A program made the position numbers and the translations under genes. From Auanema rhodensis (Eukaryota; Animalia; Nematoda), in the NCBI GenBank assembly GCA_964057225.1, contig OZ059897.1, forward strand, positions 868,001 to 932,000: 64,000 bases of DNA, read 5' to 3'. Of this stretch, positions 1 through 14,059 are shown piece by piece (positions within the stretch are counted from its first letter, which is position 1; every line of letters begins with the position of its first letter). Below the pieces are notes generated by a model. The model saw only the letters and a program-made list of their open reading frames with translations. It was not told the DNA's origin and searched no databases.

Positions 1-103
1 CCATCGTCTTCGCCTTGAAAAAAGGAATCTAAAAACATCTACTTTTTGTGAAATTATTTTGAAATTTTTTGGCAAAATTTTTGTCATAATGTTTTTGAAA
101 GCA

Positions 104-131
104 ATGTTGAGTGTACATGGAAACTCAACAT
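104..131. repeat. Inverted repeat 1 of the 351-bp monomer (9-bp arms, 10-nt loop), present in each monomer
   Basis: ATGTTGAGT (104-112) and ACTCAACAT (123-131) are exact reverse complements. Confidence 0.9.
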
Positions 132-214
132 ACACTAATGCAACATTTTTCAAACGATCATAACTAATTTTTGTATTGAGCGTTTCTGAATGTATTATAG
201 TGCATTCGATGCGG

Positions 215-265
215 ATTTTTAAGCTGCTTCGATCTGTGTTATCAGATTTGCGCTAGCTTAAAAAT
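215..265. repeat. Inverted repeat 2 of the 351-bp monomer (11-bp outer arms plus 5-bp inner arms)
   Basis: ATTTTTAAGCT (215-225) pairs with AGCTTAAAAAT (255-265). Inner ATCTG (232-236) pairs with CAGAT (243-247). Confidence 0.9.
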
Positions 266-282
266 GCACCGAGATATCAACT

Positions 283-304
283 GATATAAGTTCACACTTA
301 TATC
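283..304. repeat. Inverted repeat 3 of the 351-bp monomer (8-bp arms, 6-nt loop)
   Basis: GATATAAG (283-290) pairs with CTTATATC (297-304). It is flanked by CGAG (270-273) and CTCG (305-308). Confidence 0.9.
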
Positions 305-3300
305 CTCGATTTTCACCCTGAAGAATTAATTTTTTCGTTGATTAACATTGTCCATCGTCTTTGCCTTGAAAAAAGGAATCTAAAAACATCTACTTTTTGT
401 GAAATTATTTTGAAATTTTTTGGCAAAATTTTTGTCAAAATGTTTTTGAAAGCAATGTTGAGTGTACATGGAAACTCAACATACACTAATGCAACATTTT
501 TCAAACGATCATAACTAATTTTTGTATTGAGCGTTTCTTAATGTATTATAGTACATTCGATGCGGATTTTTAAGCTGCGTCGATCTGTGTTATCAGATTT
601 GAGTTAGCTTAAAAATGCACCGAGATATCAACTGATATAAGTTCACACTTATATCCTCGATTTTCACCCTGAAGAATTAATTTTTTCGTTGAATAACATT
701 GTCCATCGTCTTCGCCTTGAAAAAAGGAATCTAAAAACATCTACTTTTGGTAAAATTATTTTGAAATTTTTCAGGAAAATTTTTGTCAAAATGTTTTTGG
801 AATCAATGTTGAGTGTACATGGAAACTCAACATACACTAATGCATAATTTTTTAAACGATCATAACTAATTTTTGTATTGAGCGTTTCTTAATGTATTAT
901 AGTACATTCGATGCGGATTTTTAAGCTGCGTCGATCTGTGTTATCAGATTTGAGTTAGCTTAAAAATGCACCGAGATATCAACTGATATAAGTTCACACT
1001 TATATCCTCGATTTTCACCCTGAAGAATTAATTTTTTCGTTGAATAACATTGTCCATCGTCTTCGCCTTGAAAAAAGGAATCTAAAAACATCTACTTTTT
1101 GTGAAATTATTTTGAAATTTTTTGGCAAAATTTTTGTCATAATGTTTTTGAAAGCAATGTTGAGTGTACATGGAAACTCAACATACACTAATGCAACATT
1201 TTTCAAACGATCATAACTAATTTTTGTATTGAGCGTTTCTGAATGTATTATAGTGCATTCGATGCGGATTTTTAAGCTGCTTCGATCTGTGTTATCAGAT
1301 TTGCGCTAGCTTAAAAATGCACCGAGATATCAACTGATATAAGTTCACACTTATATCCTCGATTTTCACCCTGAAGAATTAATTTTTTCGTTGATTAACA
1401 TTGTCCATCGTCTTTGCCTTGAAAAAAGGAATCTAAAAACATCTACTTTTTGTGAAATTATTTTGAAATTTTTTGGCAAAATTTTTGTCAAAATGTTTTT
1501 GAAAGCAATGTTGAGTGTACATGGAAACTCAACATACACTAATGCAACATTTTTCAAACGATCATAACTAATTTTTGTATTGAGCGTTTCTTAATGTATT
1601 ATAGTACATTCGATGCGGATTTTTAAGCTGCGTCGATCTGTGTTATCAGATTTGAGTTAGCTTAAAAATGCACCGAGATATCAACTGATATAAGTTCACA
1701 CTTATATCCTCGATTTTCACCCTGAAGAATTAATTTTTTCGTTGAATAACATTGTCCATCGTCTTCGCCTTGAAAAAAGGAATCTAAAAACATCTACTTT
1801 TGGTAAAATTATTTTGAAATTTTTCAGGAAAATTTTTGTCAAAATGTTTTTGGAATCAATGTTGAGTGTACATGGAAACTCAACATACACTAATGCATAA
1901 TTTTTTAAACGATCATAACTAATTTTTGTATTGAGCGTTTCTTAATGTATTATAGTACATTCGATGCGGATTTTTAAGCTGCGTCGATCTGTGTTATCAG
2001 ATTTGAGTTAGCTTAAAAATGCACCGAGATATCAACTGATATAAGTTCACACTTATATCCTCGATTTTCACCCTGAAGAATTAATTTTTTCGTTGAATAA
2101 CATTGTCCATCGTCTTCGCCTTGAAAAAAGGAATCTAAAAACATCTACTTTTTGTGAAATTATTTTGAAATTTTTTGGCAAAATTTTTGTCATAATGTTT
2201 TTGAAAGCAATGTTGAGTGTACATGGAAACTCAACATACACTAATGCAACATTTTTCAAACGATCATAACTAATTTTTGTATTGAGCGTTTCTGAATGTA
2301 TTATAGTGCATTCGATGCGGATTTTTAAGCTGCTTCGATCTGTGTTATCAGATTTGCGCTAGCTTAAAAATGCACCGAGATATCAACTGATATAAGTTCA
2401 CACTTATATCCTCGATTTTCACCCTGAAGAATTAATTTTTTCGTTGATTAACATTGTCCATCGTCTTTGCCTTGAAAAAAGGAATCTAAAAACATCTACT
2501 TTTTGTGAAATTATTTTGAAATTTTTTGGCAAAATTTTTGTCAAAATGTTTTTGAAAGCAATGTTGAGTGTACATGGAAACTCAACATACACTAATGCAA
2601 CATTTTTCAAACGATCATAACTAATTTTTGTATTGAGCGTTTTTTAATGTATCATAGTGCATTCGATGCGGATTTTTAAGCTGCGTCGATCTGTGTTATC
2701 AGATTTGCGCTAGCTTAAAAATGCACCGAGATATCAACTGATATAAGTTCACACTTATATCCTCGATTTTCACCCTGAAGAATTAATTTTTTCGTTGAAT
2801 AACATTGTCCATCGTCTTCGCCTTGAAAAAAGAACTCTAAAAACATCTACTTTTGGTAAAATTATTTTGAAATTTTTCAGGAAAATTTTTGTCAAAATGT
2901 TTTTGGAATCAATGTTGAGTGTACATGGAAACTCAACATACACTAATGCATAATTATTTAAACGATCATAACTAATTTTTGTATTGAGCGTTTCTTAATG
3001 TATTATAGTGCATTCGATGCGGATTTTTAAGCTGCGTCGATCTGTGTTATCAGATTTGAGTTAGCTTAAAAATGCACCGAGATATCAACTGATATAAGTT
3101 CACACTTATATCCTCGATTTTCACCCTGAAGAATTAATTTTTTCGTTGAATAACATTGTCCATCGTCTTCGCCTTGAAAAAAGAAATCTAAAAACACCTA
3201 CTTTTGGTAAAATTATTTTGAAATTTTTCAGGAAAATTTTTGTCAAAATGTTTTTGGAAGCAATGTTGAGTGTACATGGAAACTCAACATACACTAATGC

Positions 3301-6300
3301 ATAATTTTTTAAACAATCATAACTAATTTTTGTATTGAGCGTTTCTTAATGTATTATAGTGCATTCGATGCGGATTTTTAAGCTGCTTCGATCTGTGTTA
3401 TCAGATTTGCGCTAGCTTAAAAATGAACCGAGATATGAACTGATATAAGTTCACACTTATATCCTCGATTTTCACCCTGAAGAATTAATTTTTTCGTTGA
3501 ATAACATTGTCCATCGTCTTCGCCTTGAAAAAAGAAATCTAAAAACATCTACTTTTAGTAAAATTATCTTGAAATTTTTCAGGAAAATTTTTGTCAAAAT
3601 GTTTTTGGAACCAATGTTGAGTGTACATGGAAACTCAACATACACTAATGCATAATTTTTTAAACAATCATAACTAATTTTTGTATTGAGCGTTTCTTAA
3701 TGTATCATAGTGCATTCGATGCGGATTTTTAAGCTGCGTCGATCTGTGTTATCAGATTTGCGCTAGCTTAAAAATGCACCGAGATATCAACTGATATAAG
3801 TTCACACTTATATCCTCGATTTTCACCCTGAAGAATTAATTTTTTCGTTGAATAACATTGTCCATCGTCTTCGCCTTAAAAAAAGAAATCTAAAAACATC
3901 TACTTTTGGTAAAATTATTTTGAAATTTTTCAGGAAAATTTTTGTCAAAATGTTTTTGGAATCAATGTTGAGTGTACATGGAAACTCAACATACACTAAT
4001 GCATAATTATTTAAACGATCATAACTAATTTTTGTATTGAGCGTTTCTTAATGTATTATAGTGCATTCGATGCGGATTTTTAAGCTGCGTCGATCTGTGT
4101 TATCAGATTTGAGTTAGCTTAAAAATGCACCGAGATATCAACTGATATAAGTTCACACTTATATCCTCGATTTTCACCCTGAAGAATTAATTTTTTCGTT
4201 GAATAACATTGTCCATCGTCTTCGCCTTGAAAAAAGAAATCTAAAAACATCTACTTTTGGTAAAATTATTTTGAAATTTTTTAGGAAAATTTTTGTCAAA
4301 ATGTTTTTGGAAGCAATGTTGAGTGTACATGGAAACTCAACATACACTAATGCATAATTTTTTAAACAATCATAACTAATTTTTGTATTGAGCGTTTCTT
4401 AATGTATTATAGTGCATTCGATGCGGATTTTTAAGCTGCGTCGATCTGTGTTATCAGATTTGAGTTAGCTTAAAAATGCACCGAGATATCAACTGATATA
4501 AGTTCACACTTATATCCTCGATTTTCACCCTGAAGAATTAATTTTTTCGTTGAATAACATTGTCCATCGTCTTCGCCTTGAAAAAAGAAATCTAAAAACA
4601 TCTACTTTTGGTAAAATTATTCTGAAATTTTTCAGGAAAATTTTTGTCAAAATGTTTTTGAAAGCAATGTTGAGTGTACATGGAAACTCAACATACACTA
4701 ATGCATAATTTTTTAAACGATCATAACTAATTTTTGTATTGAGCGTTTCTTTATGTATTATAGTGCATTCGATGCGGATTTTTAAGCTGCGTCGATCTGT
4801 GTTATCAGATTTGAGTTAGCTTAAAAATGCACCGAGATATCAACTGATATAAGTTCACACTTATATCCTCGATTTTCACCCTGAAGAATTAATTTTTTCG
4901 TTGATTAACATTGTCCATCGTCTTTGCCTTGAAAAAAGGAATCTAAAAACATCTAATTTTTGTGAAATTATTTTGAAATTTTTTGGCAAAATTTTTGTCA
5001 AAATGTTTTTGAAAGCAATGTTGAGTGTACATGGAAACTCAACATACACTAATGCAACATTTTTCAAACGATCATAACTAATTTTTGTATTGAGCGTTTC
5101 TGAATGTATTATAGTGCATTCGATGCGGATTTTTAAGCTGCTTCGATCTGTGTTATCAGATTTGCGCTAGCTTAAAAATGCACCGAGATATCAACTGATA
5201 TAAGTTCACACTTATATCCTCGATTTTCACCCTGAAGAATTAATTTTTTCGTTGAATAACATTGTCCATCGTCTTCGCCTTGAAAAAAGAAATCTAAAAA
5301 CATCTACTTTTGGTAAAATTATTTTGAAATTTTTCAGGAAAATTTTTGTCAAAATGTTTTTGGAATCAATGTTGAGTGTACATGGAAACTCAACATACAC
5401 TAATGCATAATTATTTAAACGATCATAACTAATTTTTGTATTGAGCGTTTCTTAATGTATTATAGTGCATTCGATGCGGATTTTTAAGCTGCGTCGATCT
5501 GTGTTATCAGATTTGAGTTAGCTTAAAAATGCACCGAGATATCAACTGATATAAGTTCACACTTATATCCTCGATTTTCACCCTGAAGAATTAATTTTTT
5601 CGTTGAATAACATTGTCCATCGTCTTCGCCTTGAAAAAAGAAATCTAAAAACATCTACTTTTGGTAAAATTATTTTGAAATTTTTCAGGAAAATTTTTGT
5701 CAAAATGTTTTTGGAAGCAATGTTGAGTGTACATGGAAACTCAACATACACTAATGCATAATTTTTTAAACAATCATAACTAATTTTTGTATTGAGCGTT
5801 TCTTAATGTATTATAGTGCATTCGATGCGGATTTTTAAGCTGCGTCGATCTGTGTTATCAGATTTGAGTTAGCTTAAAAATGCACCGAGATATCAACTGA
5901 TATAAGTTCACACTTATATCCTCGATTTTCACCCTGAAGAATTAATTTTTTCGTTGAATAACATTGTCCATCGTCTTCGCCTTGAAAAAAGAAATCTAAA
6001 AACATCTACTTTTGGTAAAATTATTTTGAAATTTTTCAGGAAAATTTTTGTCAAAATGTTTTTGGAAGCAATGTTGAGTGTACATGGAAACTCAACATAC
6101 ACTAATGCATAATTTTTTAAACAATCATAACTAATTTTTGTATTGAGCGTTTCTTAATGTATTATAGTGCATTCGATGCGGATTTTTAAGCTGCGTCGAT
6201 CTGTGTTATCAGATTTGAGTTAGCTTAAAAATGCACCGAGATATCAACTGATATAAGTTCACACTTATATCCTCGATTTTCACCCTGAAGAATTAATTTT

Positions 6301-9300
6301 TTCGTTGATTAACATTGTCCATCGTCTTTGCCTTGAAAAAAGGAATCTAAAAACATCTAATTTTTGTGAAATTATTTTGAAATTTTTTGGCAAAATTTTT
6401 GTCAAAATGTTTTTGAAAGCAATGTTGAGTGTACATGGAAACTCAACATACACTAATGCAACATTTTTCAAACGATCATAACTAATTTTTGTATTGAGCG
6501 TTTCTGAATGTATTATAGTGCATTCGATGCGGATTTTTAAGCTGCTTCGATCTGTGTTATCAGATTTGCGCTAGCTTAAAAATGCACCGAGATATCAACT
6601 GATATAAGTTCACACTTATATCCTCGATTTTCACCCTGAAGAATTAATTTTTTCGTTGATTAACATTGTCCATCGTCTTTGCCTTGAAAAAAGGAATCTA
6701 AAAACATCTACTTTTGGTAAAATTATTCTGAAATTTTTCAGGAAAATTTTTGTCAAAATGTTTTTGGAATCAATGTTGAGTGTACATGGAAACTCAACAT
6801 ACACTAATGCATAATTTTTTAAACGATCATAACTAATTTTTGTATTGAGCGTTTCTTAATGTATTATAGTGCATTCGATGCGGATTTTTAAGCTGCTTCG
6901 ATCTGTGTTATCAGATTTGCGCTAGCTTAAAAATGAACCGAGATATCAACTGATATAAGTTCACACTTATATCCTCGATTTTCACCCTGAAGAATTAATT
7001 TTTTCGTTGATTAACATTGTCCATCGTCTTTGCCTTGAAAAAAGGAATCTAAAAACATCTAATTTTTGTGAAATTATTTTGAAATTTTTTGGCAAAATTT
7101 TTGTCAAAATGTTTTTGAAAGCAATGTTGAGTGTACATGGAAACTCAACATACACTAATGCAACATTTTTCAAACGATCATAACTAATTTTTGTATTGAG
7201 CGTTTCTGAATGTATTATAGTGCATTCGATGCGGATTTTTAAGCTGCTTCGATCTGTGTTATCAGATTTGCGCTAGCTTAAAAATGCACCGAGATATCAA
7301 CTGATATAAGTTCACACTTATATCCTCAATTTTCACCCTGAAGAATTAATTTTTTCGTTGATTAACATTGTCCATCGTCTTTGCCTTGAAAAAAGGAATC
7401 TAAAAACATCTACTTTTTGTGAAATTATTTTGAAATTTTTTGGCAAAATTTTTGTCAAAATGTTTTTGAAAGCAATGTTGAGTGTACATGGAAACTCAAC
7501 ATACACTAATGCAACATTTTTCAAACGATCATAACTAATTTTTGTATTGAGCGTTTCTTAATGTATTATAGTGCATTCGATGCGGATTTTTAAGCTGCTT
7601 CGATCTGTGTTATCAGATTTGCGCTAGCTTAAAAATGAACCGAGATATCAACTGATATAAGTTCACACTTATATCCTCGATTTTCACCCTGAAGAATTAA
7701 TTTTTTCGTTGAATAACATTGTCCATCGTCTTCGCCTTGAAAAAAGAAATCTAAAAACATCTACTTTTAGTAAAATTATCTTGAAATTTTTCAGGAAAAT
7801 TTTTGTCAAAATGTTTTTGGAAGCAATGTTGAGTGTACATGGAAACTCAACATACACTAATGCATAATTATTTAAACGATCATAACTAATTTTTGTATTG
7901 AGCGTTTCTTAATGTATTATAGTGCATTCGATGCGGATTTTTAAGCTGCGTCGATCTGTGTTATCAGATTTGAGTTAGCTTAAAAATGCACCGAGATATC
8001 AACTGATATAAGTTCACACTTATATCCTCGATTTTCACCCTGAAGAATTAATTTTTTCGTTGAATAACATTGTCCATCGTCTTCGCCTTGAAAAAAGAAA
8101 TCTAAAAACATCTACTTTTAGTAAAATTATCTTGAAATTTTTCAGGAAAATTTTTGTCAAAATGTTTTTGGAAGCAATGTTGAGTGTACATGGAAACTCA
8201 ACATACACTAATGCATAATTATTTAAACGATCATAACTAATTTTTGTATTGAGCGTTTCTTAATGTATTATAGTGCATTCGATGCGGATTTTTAAGCTGC
8301 GTCGATCTGTGTTATCAGATTTGAGTTAGCTTAAAAATGCACCGAGATATCAACTGATATAAGTTCACACTTATATCCTCGATTTTCACCCTGAAGAATT
8401 AATTTTTTCGTTGAATAACATTGTCCATCGTCTTCGCCTTGAAAAAAGAAATCTAAAAACATCTACTTTTGGTAAAATTATTTTGAAATTTTTCAGGAAA
8501 ATTTTTGTCAAAATGTTTTTGGAAGCAATGTTGAGTGTACATGGAAACTCAACATACACTAATGCATAATTTTTTAAACAATCATAACTAATTTTTGTAT
8601 TGAGCGTTTCTTAATGTATTATAGTGCATTCGATGCGGATTTTTAAGCTGCGTCGATCTGTGTTATCAGATTTGAGTTAGCTTAAAAATGCACCGAGATA
8701 TCAACTGATATAAGTTCACACTTATATCCTCGATTTTCACCCTGAAGAATTAATTTTTTCGTTGAATAACATTGTCCATCGTCTTCGCCTTGAAAAAAGA
8801 AATCTAAAAACATCTACTTTTAGTAAAATTATCTTGAAATTTTTCAGGAAAATTTTTGTCAAAATGTTTTTGGAAGCAATGTTGAGTGTACATGGAAACT
8901 CAACATACACTAATGCATAATTTTTTAAACAATCATAACTAATTTTTGTATTGAGCGTTTCTTAATGTATCATAGTGCATTCGATGCGGATTTTTAAGCT
9001 GCGTCGATCTGTGTTATCAGATTTGCGCTAGCTTAAAAATGCACCGAGATATCAACTGATATAAGTTCACACTTATATCCTCGATTTTCACCCTGAAGAA
9101 TTAATTTTTTCGTTGATTAACATTGTCCATCGTCTTCGCCTTGAAAAAAGAAATCTAAAAACATCTACTTTTGGTAAAATTATTTTGAAATTTTTTGGCA
9201 AAATTTTTGTCAAAATGTTTTTGAAAGCAATGTTGAGTGTACATGGAAACTCAACATACACTAATGCAACATTTTTCAAACGATCATAACTAATTTTTGT

Positions 9301-12300
9301 ATTGAGCGTTTCTTAATGTATTATAGTGCATTCGATGCGGATTTTTAAGCTGCTTCGATCTGTGTTATCAGATTTGCGCTAGCTTAAAAATGAACCGAGA
9401 TATCAACTGATATAAGTTCACACTTATATCCTCGATTTTCACCCTGAAGAATTAATTTTTTCGTTGAATAACATTGTCCATCGTCTTCGCCTTGAAAAAA
9501 GAAATCTAAAAACATCTACTTTTGGTAAAATTATTTTGAAATTTTTCAGGAAAATTTTTGTCAAAATGTTTTTGGAATCAATGTTGAGTGTACATGGAAA
9601 CTCAACATACACTAATGCATAATTATTTAAACGATCATAACTAATTTTTGTATTGAGCGTTTCTTAATGTATTATAGTGCATTCGATGCGGATTTTTAAG
9701 CTGCGTCGATCTGTGTTATCAGATTTGAGTTAGCTTAAAAATGCACCGAGATATCAACTGATATAAGTTCACACTTATATCCTCGATTTTCACCCTGAAG
9801 AATTAATTTTTTCGTTGAATAACATTGTCCATCGTCTTCGCCTTGAAAAAAGAAATCTAAAAACATCTACTTTTGGTAAAATTATTTTGAAATTTTTCAG
9901 GAAAATTTTTGTCAAAATGTTTTTGGAATCAATGTTGAGTGTACATGGAAACTCAACATACACTAATGCATAATTATTTAAACGATCATAACTAATTTTT
10001 GTATTGAGCGTTTCTTAATGTATTATAGTGCATTCGATGCGGATTTTTAAGCTGCTTCGATCTGTGTTATCAGATTTGCGCTAGCTTAAAAATGAACCGA
10101 GATATCAACTGATATAAGTTCACACTTATATCCTCGATTTTCACCCTGAAGAATTAATTTTTTCGTTGATTAACATTGTCCATCGTCTTTGCCTTGAAAA
10201 AAGGAATCTAAAAACATCTAATTTTTGTGAAATTATTTTGAAATTTTTTGGCAAAATTTTTGTCAAAATGTTTTTGAAAGCAATGTTGAGTGTACATGGA
10301 AACTCAACATACACTAATGCAACATTTTTCAAACGATCATAACTAATTTTTGTATTGAGCGTTTCTGAATGTATTATAGTGCATTCGATGCGGATTTTTA
10401 AGCTGCTTCGATCTGTGTTATCAGATTTGCGCTAGCTTAAAAATGCACCGAGATATCAACTGATATAAGTTCACACTTATATCCTCGATTTTCACCCTGA
10501 AGAATTAATTTTTTCGTTGATTAACATTGTCCATCGTCTTTGCCTTGAAAAAAGGAATCTAAAAACATCTACTTTTTGTGAAATTATTTTGAAATTTTTT
10601 GGCAAAATTTTTGTCAAAATGTTTTTGAAAGCAATGTTGAGTGTACATGGAAACTCAACATACACTAATGCAACATTTTTCAAACGATCATAACTAATTT
10701 TTGTATTGAGCGTTTCTTAATGTATTATAGTGCATTCGATGCGGATTTTTAAGCTGCTTCGATCTGTGTTATCAGATTTGCGCTAGCTTAAAAATGAACC
10801 GAGATATCAACTGATATAAGTTCACACTTATATCCTCGATTTTCACCCTGAAGAATTAATTTTTTCGTTGAATAACATTGTCCATCGTCTTCGCCTTGAA
10901 AAAAGAAATCTAAAAACATCTACTTTTAGTAAAATTATCTTGAAATTTTTCAGGAAAATTTTTGTCAAAATGTTTTTGGAAGCAATGTTGAGTGTACATG
11001 GAAACTCAACATACACTAATGCATAATTATTTAAACGATCATAACTAATTTTTGTATTGAGCGTTTCTTAATGTATTATAGTGCATTCGATGCGGATTTT
11101 TAAGCTGCGTCGATCTGTGTTATCAGATTTGAGTTAGCTTAAAAATGCACCGAGATATCAACTGATATAAGTTCACACTTATATCCTCGATTTTCACCCT
11201 GAAGAATTAATTTTTTCGTTGAATAACATTGTCCATCGTCTTCGCCTTGAAAAAAGAAATCTAAAAACATCTACTTTTGGTAAAATTATTTTGAAATTTT
11301 TCAGGAAAATTTTTGTCAAAATGTTTTTGGAAGCAATGTTGAGTGTACATGGAAACTCAACATACACTAATGCATAATTTTTTAAACAATCATAACTAAT
11401 TTTTGTATTGAGCGTTTCTTAATGTATTATAGTGCATTCGATGCGGATTTTTAAGCTGCGTCGATCTGTGTTATCAGATTTGAGTTAGCTTAAAAATGCA
11501 CCGAGATATCAACTGATATAAGTTCACACTTATATCCTCGATTTTCACCCTGAAGAATTAATTTTTTCGTTGAATAACATTGTCCATCGTCTTCGCCTTG
11601 AAAAAAGAAATCTAAAAACATCTACTTTTAGTAAAATTATCTTGAAATTTTTCAGGAAAATTTTTGTCAAAATGTTTTTGGAACCAATGTTGAGTGTACA
11701 TGGAAACTCAACATACACTAATGCATAATTTTTTAAACAATCATAACTAATTTTTGTATTGAGCGTTTCTTAATGTATCATAGTGCATTCGATGCGGATT
11801 TTTAAGCTGCGTCGATCTGTGTTATCAGATTTGCGCTAGCTTAAAAATGCACCGAGATATCAACTGATATAAGTTCACACTTATATCCTCGATTTTCACC
11901 CTGAAGAATTAATTTTTTCGTTGAATAACATTGTCCATCGTCTTCGCCTTGAAAAAAGAAATCTAAAAACATCTACTTTTGGTAAAATTATTTTGAAATT
12001 TTTCAGGAAAATTTTTGTCAAAATGTTTTTGGAATCAATGTTGAGTGTACATGGAAACTCAACATACACTAATGCATAATTATTTAAACGATCATAACTA
12101 ATTTTTGTATTGAGCGTTTCTTAATGTATTATAGTGCATTCGATGCGGATTTTTAAGCTGCGTCGATCTGTGTTATCAGATTTGAGTTAGCTTAAAAATG
12201 CACCGAGATATCAACTGATATAAGTTCACACTTATATCCTCGATTTTCACCCTGAAGAATTAATTTTTTCGTTGAATAACATTGTCCATCGTCTTCGCCT

Positions 12301-14059
12301 TGAAAAAAGAAATCTAAAAACATCTACTTTTGGTAAAATTATTTTGAAATTTTTCAGGAAAATTTTTGTCAAAATGTTTTTGGAAGCAATGTTGAGTGTA
12401 CATGGAAACTCAACATACACTAATGCATAATTTTTTAAACAATCATAACTAATTTTTGTATTGAGCGTTTCTTAATGTATTATAGTGCATTCGATGCGGA
12501 TTTTTAAGCTGCGTCGATCTGTGTTATCAGATTTGAGTTAGCTTAAAAATGCACCGAGATATCAACTGATATAAGTTCACACTTATATCCTCGATTTTCA
12601 CCCTGAAGAATTAATTTTTTCGTTGAATAACATTGTCCATCGTCTTCGCCTTGAAAAAAGAAATCTAAAAACATCTACTTTTGGTAAAATTATTCTGAAA
12701 TTTTTCAGGAAAATTTTTGTCAAAATGTTTTTGAAAGCAATGTTGAGTGTACATGGAAACTCAACATACACTAATGCATAATTTTTTAAACGATCATAAC
12801 TAATTTTTGTATTGAGCGTTTCTTTATGTATTATAGTGCATTCGATGCGGATTTTTAAGCTGCGTCGATCTGTGTTATCAGATTTGAGTTAGCTTAAAAA
12901 TGCACCGAGATATCAACTGATATAAGTTCACACTTATATCCTCGATTTTCACCCTGAAGAATTAATTTTTTCGTTGATTAACATTGTCCATCGTCTTTGC
13001 CTTGAAAAAAGGAATCTAAAAACATCTAATTTTTGTGAAATTATTTTGAAATTTTTTGGCAAAATTTTTGTCAAAATGTTTTTGAAAGCAATGTTGAGTG
13101 TACATGGAAACTCAACATACACTAATGCAACATTTTTCAAACGATCATAACTAATTTTTGTATTGAGCGTTTCTGAATGTATTATAGTGCATTCGATGCG
13201 GATTTTTAAGCTGCTTCGATCTGTGTTATCAGATTTGCGCTAGCTTAAAAATGCACCGAGATATCAACTGATATAAGTTCACACTTATATCCTCGATTTT
13301 CACCCTGAAGAATTAATTTTTTCGTTGAATAACATTGTCCATCGTCTTCGCCTTGAAAAAAGAAATCTAAAAACATCTACTTTTGGTAAAATTATTTTGA
13401 AATTTTTCAGGAAAATTTTTGTCAAAATGTTTTTGGAAGCAATGTTGAGTGTACATGGAAACTCAACATACACTAATGCATAATTTTTTAAACAATCATA
13501 ACTAATTTTTGTATTGAGCGTTTCTTAATGTATTATAGTGCATTCGATGCGGATTTTTAAGCTGCGTCGATCTGTGTTATCAGATTTGAGTTAGCTTAAA
13601 AATGCACCGAGATATCAACTGATATAAGTTCACACTTATATCCTCGATTTTCACCCTGAAGAATTAATTTTTTCGTTGATTAACATTGTCCATCGTCTTT
13701 GCCTTGAAAAAAGGAATCTAAAAACATCTAATTTTTGTGAAATTATTTTGAAATTTTTTGGCAAAATTTTTGTCAAAATGTTTTTGAAAGCAATGTTGAG
13801 TGTACATGGAAACTCAACATACACTAATGCAACATTTTTCAAACGATCATAACTAATTTTTGTATTGAGCGTTTCTGAATGTATTATAGTGCATTCGATG
13901 CGGATTTTTAAGCTGCTTCGATCTGTGTTATCAGATTTGCGCTAGCTTAAAAATGCACCGAGATATCAACTGATATAAGTTCACACTTATATCCTCGATT
14001 TTCACCCTGAAGAATTAATTTTTTCGTTGATTAACATTGTCCATCGTCTTTGCCTTAAA

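Larger units (their letters stand above)
1..2640. repeat. 3-monomer HOR (1053 bp) within array 1
   Basis: The private variant GTCATAATG is at 87, 1140 and 2193 (spacing 1053). The GTACATTCG variant and the ORF pairs 313/1366/2419 and 1015/2068 share this period. Confidence 0.93.

Noticed and set aside
226-254. Compensatory base changes in hairpin 2 (GCTTCG/GCGCT vs GCGTCG/GAGTT)
   Set aside because: Both common haplotypes leave a mismatch at the facing position, and only the rarer recombinant pairs. The covariation reflects linkage, not structural compensation.
684-701. CENP-B box-like TTTCGTTGAA
   Set aside because: It matches only the 5' TTCG part and lacks the essential CGGG.
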